A stretch of DNA of 64,000 nt from Squalus acanthias (taxonomy: Eukaryota): assembly GCA_030390025.1 (NCBI GenBank), contig CM059432.1:17672001-17736000 (forward strand), read 5' to 3'. Below are positions 59,501 to 64,000 of this stretch, piece by piece. Under the pieces are notes generated by a model, which worked only from the letters and a program-made list of their open reading frames with translations, was not told where the DNA came from and did not search any database. The position numbers were made by a program, and so were the translations under genes. Numbering within the stretch: the stretch's first letter is position 1; each line of letters opens with the position of its first letter.

Positions 59501-61414
59501 ATTAATTACCAGCTTTGTGGCTGCAGTGATGTCAGCCTCGTACTCCATGAGAATTTTAACAATCTTAGTGTCTTCTTGCTGAAAGTGAATCATATCCTTC
59601 TTAATCTCTGCTGCCAGGTGCAGGGATGTTTCTCCTTCCTGGATGAAACAGAAGGAAACATAAAGTTAACAGAGGAGGAAGTAACAACATCCATATTAGC
59701 CTACCCTGCAAAAGTGCCTGCTCAAAAATCTACTTGATATAAAACAGCAACACTCAGTTTCTCATTAGTTACTTTCTCATCTCCAAAAAGACTTGACAGA
59801 ATTTTTTTTGTTGCTTGGAGAGAAATATAAGCTAGAAAAGCTATGGGTCATGCTAGTCAACAATAAATTACATTTACATATATACATCTTTCATTTAACT
59901 AAATACCCCCAATGGCTTTACAGAGGTGGACATGAGTAGGAAGGAAGGGAAAGATTAGCGCAGGTGACTGAAGGTAAGTTTTGAGAAGGCTTTTGAAAAT
60001 GGGGAGAGATGTAGCCAAGTGAAGAGGTTTAAGAAGAGAATCCCAGAGAGCTAGGGGGATAATGTCTTATGGAGCTGGCTTGGTAGTGTCGTATGCTGGC
60101 AAACAAGATAAAAAGGTTTGTTAAGAACATTTCAGGAAGGTGGCATTCCTTTAGTGGATTTTCCTCCTCTGTCTCTTGAAGTTCCTCCACACTGTGTATC
60201 TCTCCCGAGGAGATAAGTTGCCTGCCCCATATCCTCTGTTAATGATGCTCTGTAACCAGAAACTTGAGGAATGCAAGAATGGCAAAGAGACAATTTGACC
60301 TCTGACCTCGCACCGCATGGCACCAGATTCCAATTATTATCTCCAACCTATAGATCACCACATCAGAGCGTAGCACGGCAGAGTATCAATCACCACGCTG
60401 CTCTCATTATTCAACAGTAAAGAATCATATAGTTTACTTGCCACAAGAACATGGGCTCCAGAATTTGACTGGGGTATGAGCAGCCATGGCCTGGAGCAGT
60501 CAATGCCTCTGGTTCAGCCCTGCAATTGCCAATCACAAAAATGTTGACCCAGAAGGGAAGCGGGTGGAATTTCAAGGACTAGAGATCAGCATCTCGGGAC
60601 CTTGCAGAGAGGTGCTGGTTTTGAGGTAATGGCCCATCCTTGTGAAAATATTTAGCCTTGGGAAGAAAAGAAGCCAATGGGGAGATGGGTAGAGGTTGTT
60701 TGGAGAAGCTGAAATATGGACAAGAGAATCAGCTCTGATGGTGTAGAGGCCAAACAAGAGAGGAGGTGCAGCTGGAATAAGCACTAAAATTGGCTAAAAT
60801 GGCAAAGGAAAGGAAACCAAAGAGGTACGGATGAATTTAATAACTAAAGTGGAGGGGAAGAAGGAAATGACTAGAGACAACATAGTGAGAATTTGGATAA
60901 AATCACTGACCATTCAAATTGCTTTAAGACTTACACTTAATATAATGTATTGGATTGAACAAAATGTTTTCTTTCCCCAACCTGTCCTGTACAACTCAAA
61001 TTTGATGATAAGAGCATCAGAGAGGATGATGTTGAAAACTGCTCTTCGGAGGATTACAGCACAGTTTTGATGAACAGTTCACAGAAAATGGAATACAAAT
61101 GAAACATGTTCCTTTATCAAGTAGGAAGCAGTTTCCTCATTTCAATGAATTAAAAAATGTAAAGTTTTTTTGGAGGCAGGGGTTGAGAGTTTTAGATCTC
61201 TCGCTTCTCTTAATCCCATCTTTTATGGAAATTTCTAGTTTCAATAAAAAGATTTCTGACATCACTCACTTTCCTGGTTTCTTACCTTGTTTTCCTGGTT
61301 GACACACACAACAGCCTCGATGTGGCTCCTCTCATTGGTCAGGTAGTTGAGGATTTCTTCCACAACACTGACATGACAGTGTCGGACTGCAATGTGCAGT
61401 GGATTCTCTCCAGC
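9732..61414 (-). CDS. trpn1: TRPN1/NOMPC mechanosensitive TRP channel, partial multi-exon gene (14 exons in window, about 1071 aa; 5' and 3' ends not found in window)
   Basis: Manually spliced exons give one continuous ORF: about 17 tandem ankyrin repeats, then linker helices, six TM segments, [13 protein letters not shown] (S4-S5), LFFALFG pore, [17 protein letters not shown] (S6) and the EWKFGR TRP box. These motifs are characteristic of NOMPC/TRPN. All introns are GT-AG. Confidence 0.95.
11390..13540 (-). mobile_element. 5'-truncated copy of LINE family A
   Basis: Reverse complement of about 1265-3395; RT ORFs 11679..12005, 12115..12495 and 12501..13163. Confidence 0.9.
13685..13830. repeat. 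Degenerate ~18-bp tandem repeat (ACCACACCAGCAGAGCAA)
   Basis: Visible periodicity. Confidence 0.8.
14769..14975 (-). CDS. trpn1: TRPN1 exon, last two ankyrin repeats (69 aa, [14 protein letters not shown]...KLTEDRK)
   Basis: ttcgttcag acceptor, gtaggt donor, 207 nt; not in the supplied ORF track. Confidence 0.92.
16507..17929. mobile_element. Non-autonomous DNA transposon (PIF/Harbinger-group-like MITE), TIR GGCCCAGAAATTC / GGGGCAGAAATTC, AAT target duplication
   Basis: AAT at 16504-16506 and 17930-17932; the host CR1 sequence resumes on both sides. Confidence 0.8.
17019..17688 (+). mobile_element. CR1 3' fragment inserted into the MITE
   Basis: C-terminal CR1 RT region in ORF 16959..17513; TTCTATG tail; MITE sequence continues on both sides by comparison with 50895-51180. 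Confidence 0.88.
17939..18466 (+). mobile_element. Penelope-like element 3' fragment (C-terminus of GIY-YIG endonuclease plus pLTR)
   Basis: Translates as [52 protein letters not shown]; hammerhead motif and AATAAA; flanking duplication CCAATATGATT. Confidence 0.8.
18340..18374 (+). ncRNA. Minimal type I hammerhead ribozyme motif in the Penelope pLTR
   Basis: TAC-CTGACGA-A-GGAGC(AGA)GCTCC-GAAA-GCT-C-GTA: CUGANGA and GAAA cores, 5-bp stem II, palindromic stem III (AGCT), 3-bp stem I. Confidence 0.65.
19766..24207 (-). mobile_element. L2 LINE RT fragment split by a CR1 insertion
   Basis: L2-type sequence at 19766-20278 and 23761-24207 is continuous across the insertion. Confidence 0.75.
20279..23760 (-). 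mobile_element. Young, nearly complete CR1 LINE (ORF1 esterase C-terminus, APE, RT, ATTCTATG tail)
   Basis: ORF 23311..23745 SGNH/esterase (VHIGTND, DGLHLN); APE ORFs 22961..23251 and 22654..22896; 486-aa RT ORF 20367..21827 (FADD); GGTCTT duplication at 20273-20278 and 23761-23766. Confidence 0.92.
24968..25165 (-). CDS. trpn1: TRPN1 exon, two ankyrin repeats (66 aa, [13 protein letters not shown]...AEINVTDK)
   Basis: ttccag acceptor, gtgcgt donor, 198 nt. Confidence 0.93.
25788..26090 (-). mobile_element. L2 3' end
   Basis: AAGGCGCTATATAAATACAAGTTGTTGTTG tail. Confidence 0.75.
26735..27182 (-). mobile_element. 3' fragment of LINE family A, interrupted by a small insertion at 26881-27037
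   Basis: Matches the family A 3' tail (GGGCAATTAGGGATGGGCAATAAATGCTGG). Confidence 0.8.
26881..27037. mobile_element. Small hAT-like MITE insertion
   Basis: Ends in TTAAAGGGAACATTG; flanked by duplicated TCCCACAGTGCTGTT (26866-26880 and 27038-27052). Confidence 0.45.
27185..27580 (+). mobile_element. CR1 3' fragment
   Basis: ORF 27413..27598 [17 protein letters not shown]. Confidence 0.8.
29600..31400 (-). mobile_element. Decayed PIF/Harbinger Myb/SANT-like accessory gene remnant
   Basis: From ATG at 31214: [47 protein letters not shown] resembles the Myb/SANT-like N-terminal domain. ORF 30076..30480 has the low-complexity/coiled-coil C-terminal part. Boundaries approximate. Confidence 0.6.
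30500..30918 (+). mobile_element. CR1 3' fragment inserted into the Myb-like remnant
   Basis: ORF 30514..30762 and tail. Confidence 0.85.
31555..31872 (-). mobile_element. CR1 3' fragment
   Basis: N-terminal part of ORF 31461..31871. Confidence 0.8.
32094..32696 (-). mobile_element. CR1 3' fragment, same subfamily as 20279-23760
   Basis: Near-identical sequence; ORF 32339..32680. Confidence 0.9.
33046..33395 (-). mobile_element. Deu-domain SINE (SacSINE1-like), 5' truncated
   Basis: Deu core (CTCCCACAAACAGCAATGTGATAATGACCAGATAATC...GGCACCTCCGACAGTGCA) and L2-like tail. Confidence 0.8.
33681..34587. mobile_element. Short foldback/hairpin MITE (GGGTAATTT...AAATTACCCC) split by the 33704-34424 insertion
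   Basis: 34430-34560 is a long imperfect palindrome centred on CCATTGAAGT; related arm at 11248-11310. Confidence 0.6.
33704..34424. mobile_element. MITE (TIR GGGCCAAAAATTCATC / GGCCCAGAAATTGATC; flanks ATT/AAT) nested in a hairpin MITE
   Basis: TIRs, internal palindromes, AT-rich core similar to the reverse complement of 16850-16940. Confidence 0.75.
34746..34920. mobile_element. Short hairpin MITE
   Basis: GGGGTTAAATT...AAATTTACCCC termini, imperfect internal palindrome. Confidence 0.55.
35242..35349 (-). CDS. trpn1: TRPN1 ankyrin exon (36 aa, [36 protein letters not shown])
   Basis: cttcag acceptor, gtgagt donor, 108 nt. Confidence 0.93.
36321..37082. mobile_element. MITE, TIR G(T/G)GCCAGATTTTGCTG, AAT target duplication
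   Basis: AAT at 36318-36320 and 37083-37085; second copy at 53334-54089. Confidence 0.85.
37522..38000 (-). mobile_element. CR1 3' fragment
   Basis: ORF 37609..38076. Confidence 0.85.
38242..38388 (-). CDS. trpn1: TRPN1 ankyrin exon with inter-repeat loop (49 aa, [14 protein letters not shown]...MKEQASE)
   Basis: ccccgaag acceptor; donor gtagta, with an alternative gtaaga 3 nt downstream; 147 nt. Confidence 0.88.
39238..39520 (-). mobile_element. CR1 3' tail
   Basis: GAATCATAGAA...GGCCATTCGGCCC tail pattern. Confidence 0.8.
39955..40260 (+). mobile_element. 3' fragment of LINE family A
   Basis: Near-identical to about 3097-3395. Confidence 0.88.
40650..40748 (-). CDS. trpn1: TRPN1 ankyrin exon (33 aa, [14 protein letters not shown]...KITSTK)
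   Basis: tttttcag acceptor, gttaga donor, 99 nt. Confidence 0.92.
41206..41878. mobile_element. GC-rich MITE (TIR AGCCCCGATTTTA)
   Basis: 13-bp terminal inverted repeat. Confidence 0.65.
42040..42622 (+). mobile_element. CR1 3' fragment
   Basis: RT C-terminal coding remnants and tail. Confidence 0.8.
43372..43730 (-). mobile_element. CR1 3' fragment beginning about 10 nt after a TRPN1 splice donor
   Basis: CR1 C-terminal remnant and tail. Confidence 0.78.
43742..43843 (-). CDS. trpn1: TRPN1 ankyrin exon (34 aa, [15 protein letters not shown]...ASATDENA)
   Basis: tttttcag acceptor, gtgcgt donor, 102 nt; not in the supplied ORF track. Confidence 0.9.
44500..44870 (-). mobile_element. Deu-domain SINE with tRNA-derived head
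   Basis: GGCTCAGTCAGTAGCACTCTCGCCTCTGAGTCAGAAAGTTGTGGGTTCAATT head plus Deu core. Confidence 0.8.
45100..46188 (+). mobile_element. Internally deleted PIF/Harbinger-like element with transposase C-terminal remnant
   Basis: 45679-45873 translates [10 protein letters not shown]...[11 protein letters not shown]...[11 protein letters not shown], like HARBI-type transposase tails; weak TIRs. Confidence 0.55.
46704..46876. mobile_element. Short hairpin MITE
   Basis: GGGGGTTGAAATTGGACATG / CATGTCCAATTTCACCCCC termini, CCATTGACTTCAA centre. Confidence 0.65.
47085..47565 (-). mobile_element. Near full-length Deu-domain SINE with (TTTC)n tail
   Basis: Head, core and tail present; internal deletion. 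Confidence 0.8.
47690..47896 (-). CDS. trpn1: TRPN1 exon, two ankyrin repeats (69 aa, [14 protein letters not shown]...VTTARNK)
   Basis: gacag acceptor (NAGNAG), gtgagg donor, 207 nt. Confidence 0.92.
50198..50296 (-). CDS. trpn1: TRPN1 ankyrin exon (33 aa, [14 protein letters not shown]...ADVNATDI)
   Basis: tttag acceptor, gtaagt donor, 99 nt. Confidence 0.92.
50630..50860 (+). mobile_element. Deu-domain SINE 3' fragment
   Basis: Matches the reverse complement of 33060-33290. Confidence 0.75.
50895..51180. mobile_element. One arm of the 16507-17929 MITE family, made of consecutive hairpins
   Basis: Reverse complement of 16985-17018 plus 17689-17929; preceded by AAT. Confidence 0.75.
51192..52079 (+). 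mobile_element. 3' portion of LINE family A with a CR1 tail inserted at about 51241-51366
   Basis: Matches about 2605-3365; ORF 51402..51827. Confidence 0.88.
53334..54089. mobile_element. MITE, TIR GGCCCAG(A/C)ATTTGCTG, AAT target duplication
   Basis: AAT at 53331-53333 and 54090-54092; colinear with 36321-37082. Confidence 0.85.
54379..55099 (-). mobile_element. SINE-like internally deleted derivative of family A (tRNA-like head + 5' region + LINE 3' tail), interrupted by HE1
   Basis: 55099-54520 matches 215-525; 54518-54379 matches about 3250-3392. Confidence 0.8.
54565..54802 (+). mobile_element. 5'-truncated HE1-like V-SINE
   Basis: V-domain CTGTGTGGAGTTTGCACATTCTCCCCGTGTCTGCGTGGGTTTCCTCCGGGTGCTCCGGTTTCC and CR1-type tail GGGCCGAAATGGCC...GATTCTGTGATTCTGTG. 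Confidence 0.85.
55144..55344 (-). CDS. trpn1: TRPN1 exon, two ankyrin repeats (67 aa, [14 protein letters not shown]...SIDALSL)
   Basis: ctatag acceptor, gtaagt donor, 201 nt. Confidence 0.92.
55759..55857 (-). CDS. trpn1: TRPN1 ankyrin exon (33 aa, [14 protein letters not shown]...ARVDVFDE)
   Basis: tttcag acceptor, gtaacc donor, 99 nt. Confidence 0.92.
56330..56840 (-). mobile_element. Degenerate, interrupted Deu-domain SINE
   Basis: Tail at 56330-56385, core and head at 56575-56840. Confidence 0.6.
56418..56436 (+). promoter_or_regulatory. Candidate CTCF site
   Basis: GAGCACTAGATGGCGCCCT closely matches the CTCF core consensus; motif match only. Confidence 0.4.
56882..57247 (-). mobile_element. 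L2 3' end
   Basis: Same L2 tail family. Confidence 0.75.
57256..57980 (-). mobile_element. Older diverged RT fragment of LINE family A
   Basis: ORF 57256..57441 [23 protein letters not shown]. Confidence 0.75.
58077..58193 (-). CDS. trpn1: TRPN1 ankyrin exon (39 aa, [14 protein letters not shown]...AINKQSK)
   Basis: tttccag acceptor, gtacat donor, 117 nt, phase 0-0. Confidence 0.9.
58712..58867 (-). mobile_element. HE1-like SINE fragment with internal duplication, adjacent to a CR1 tail (58578-58710)
   Basis: Reverse complement of about 54635-54737, with a repeated CATATCCC...CCCCCTAAC segment. Confidence 0.7.
59510..59638 (-). CDS. trpn1: TRPN1 ankyrin exon (43 aa, [11 protein letters not shown]...ADITAATKL)
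   Basis: ccag acceptor, gtaatt donor, 129 nt, phase 0-0. Confidence 0.9.
61286..61414 (-). CDS. trpn1: TRPN1 ankyrin exon (43 aa, [14 protein letters not shown]...VNQENK)
   Basis: ttag acceptor, gtaag donor, 129 nt, phase 0-0, ankyrin motif. Confidence 0.9.
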
Positions 61415-61534
61415 CTAAATAAAGAAGCAACAATCACACAGTCCGGTTCTTACTAAACATTGGCTTACGCACAGAGCCCTGATGCTGACCCAAATTTCTA
61501 ATGACATTTCTGGTGCTTGAGCTGAGAGCCATAT

Positions 61535-61864
61535 CAAGCCCTACAACCCTCCGAGATCTCTGCTCTCCTCCAATTCTGGCCTCATGAGCATCCCACGATT
61601 TTCATCGCTCCACCATTGGCGGCCGTGCCTTCAGCTGCCTAAGCTCTAAGCTTCCCTAAACCTCTTTGCATCTCCACCTCTCTCTCCTCCTTTAAGACAC
61701 TCTTAAAACCTACCTCTTTGAGCAAGCTTTTGGTCACCTGTACTTATATCTCTTTATATGGCTTGGTGTCAAATTTTGTTTGATAATCACTCCTGTGAAA
61801 CGCCTTGGGATGTTTTACGACTTTTAAGGCGCTATATAAATGCAAGTTGTTATTGTTGTTGTTG
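61535..61864 (+). mobile_element. L2 3' end
   Basis: GGCGCTATATAAATGCAAGTTGTTATTGTTGTTG tail. Confidence 0.78.
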
Positions 61865-61882
61865 ATATGCTAATGTATCTTA

Positions 61883-62657
61883 GATTATAGATTTATAGAT
61901 TCATAGAAACTTACAGCACCGAAGATGGCCATTTGGCCCGTCGTGCCTGTGCTGTCTCTTTGAAAGAGCAGTCGTGCTTAGTCCCACATCCCCGCTTTTT
62001 GTCCGTAACCCTGTAAGTTCCTCATCCTCAAGTACCCATCCAACTCCCTTTTAAAATTATTTATGGAATCAGCTTCCACCATCTTTTCAAGTGGAGCGTT
62101 CCAGATCCTGACAACGTTCGGAGTGAAAACATTTCTCCCCCTCTCCCCTCTAGATCTTTTTCCAATGATTTTGAATCTATGACCTCTAGTTATTGACCCA
62201 CTCGCCAGAGGGAATATTGTTTCCCTATTTACTCCATCAAAACCCCCTCATCATCTTGAAAACCTCTATTAGGTCACCTCTTAACCTTCTCTGTTCCAAG
62301 GAGAACAGTCCTAACTTTTCCAATCTCTCCTCATAACTGAAGTCCCTCATCCCTGGTAACATCCTGGTAGAACTCCTCTGTGCCCTTTCTAAGGCCTTTA
62401 CATCTTTCCTGAAATGTGGTGCCCAGAATTGTCTACAATACTCCAGCTGAAGCCTAATGAATGCTTTATAAAGTTCTAGTATGATCTCTTTGCTTTTACA
62501 TTCTATTCCTCTATTTATAAACCCAAGTAACCCATATGCTTTTTTGGCCAGCTTTAAGGATTTGTGTACATGGACACCAAGGTCTCTCTGCCCCTCTACA
62601 CTTTTCAAAAACGTTCCATTTATAGTGTGCTGTCTTTCCACATTAGTCCTCCCAAAG
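61883..62657 (-). mobile_element. CR1 3' fragment
   Basis: ORF 62237..62641. Confidence 0.85.
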
Positions 62658-62983
62658 TGCCTCTTATGTCACTGAAATTACTGTTTTTATGTTGGAACAT
62701 GACGCTTCCACTTGAAAGAGAAGACGCAAACTGTACTGAACATTTAAATATGCTGCACTGTTAGGGATTTCAGAACCTGCCTAATTTATGACGCATTTAT
62801 TTTCTTATTGGGAAACTGTTTTGCAGTTGGTATACATTTACATTCAGAAATAAGTCTGGACTGTTCTAAAGTGATTATCTAAGCAGCAGCAGATGTGACA
62901 GGTGCCATTTTGAAGGGTCCTGCTGCGAAAGAGGTTCATGGCAGAAGGAAGTAAAAATACAGCAAAATGTGGGGTGGGGGGGG

Positions 62984-63163
62984 GGGGATGGGCGGGCAGC
63001 TGTATTTTTGGATTAATGTGGGAGGGGGGTGGGGATGGGCGGGCAGCTGTATTTTTGGATTAATGTAGGAGGGGGGTGGGGATGGGCGGGCAGCTGTATT
63101 TTTGGATTAATGTGGGAGGGGGGTGGGGATGGGCGGGCAGCTGTATTTTTGGATTAATGTGGA
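62984..63163. repeat. 47-bp tandem repeat, about 3.8 copies
   Basis: GGGGATGGGCGGGCAGCTGTATTTTTGGATTAATGTGGGAGGGGGGT repeated. Confidence 0.92.
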
Positions 63164-63648
63164 GTTCCAGCTACAAATTATTTTTATACACTAATAAGCT
63201 CCACTACCTGAGCTCGATATTCCCAATCTCGATATCCCTGCTCTTTAAAATTCTTTCCCTTCATCTCAAAGCCTCCTCAAAAACTATTTCTTTGACGAGA
63301 CCCTTGGTTTTCCCCACCTTAGCTCCCTCTAATTTCCAGCCTGGGGTACTCCTTTTCCCTGTAAAGCAATCGGAGAGGTTCTTCTACGTAAGAAGTTACT
63401 ATATCAATACAAGCGGTTGAATTTTTGACAGTAATTTCTGGCTCCCGTTCATACCTGAGATTGTGTATAATTGCCTCTGATATCAGTGAATGAAAAGTGT
63501 AATATTATAATTTAAATTCAAAACTCAAGGAGGAGCAAACCTCCACATTTCTGTTTGAGGAAAATCAGTTAGAAATGAACGCATGAAAGCGTGGAAGAAG
63601 AAAAGGCCATTTGGATAACCGTCCGTCCCCCTCCCCTTGCACAAAGCA

Positions 63649-63693
63649 TATGCACTCTACCCTATGCACTCTACCCTATGCACTCTACCCTAT
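63649..63693. repeat. 14-bp tandem repeat (TATGCACTCTACCC)x3
   Basis: Direct inspection. Confidence 0.85.
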
Positions 63694-64000
63694 CTACTCC
63701 TGAAGGAACAGTCTGCATATATGCGCCTTGACCCCAAAAATTAATCAAGCAAAACTCCAGTATATTCATCTATCTTCACACCTCCATCACTAAGACCCAG
63801 GCAGAGCCCTCCACAGCTCACATCTTCCTCCCTCTCCCAACTACAGAGGCCATTGTGCCCTGTGGAGTATTTTGATCACCTCAGTCTAAACTTCTGCCTT
63901 GTGCACCGTTTCTCCGGGGTTTTCGCAGATCTCCCTCTGAAAATAAAAGTTGTGGGAAAATACAATGGCCATTTTGCGCATTGATCCCACAAACAGCAAT

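Noticed and set aside
63870..63936. Possible upstream TRPN1 exon (tttcag acceptor, gtgatc donor on the minus strand)
   Set aside because: No ankyrin motif in any frame, stops in two frames, and it cannot supply the phase-0 junction needed.

Overview
Eukaryotic, repeat-rich vertebrate DNA, almost certainly from a cartilaginous fish (shark), judged from HE1/V-SINE, Deu-domain SINEs and dense CR1/L2 LINEs. The only host gene is on the minus strand: 14 internal coding exons (61414 down to 9732; 1071 codons with no stop or frameshift, all splice sites GT-AG) of a TRPN1/NOMPC mechanosensitive channel. Thirteen phase-0 exons encode about 17 ankyrin repeats. One 1372-nt exon encodes the linker, S1-S6, pore and TRP box. 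The 5' and 3' exons were not found and probably lie outside the window. The introns are filled with nested mobile elements: vertebrate CR1 and L2 LINEs, an ORF1-less LINE with a tRNA-like Pol III head plus its internally deleted SINE-like derivative, and a Penelope-like fragment carrying a minimal hammerhead ribozyme. They also hold PIF/Harbinger-group remnants, hairpin-rich MITEs with AAT target duplications, SINEs and minisatellites. All family names come from pattern recognition, not database searches.
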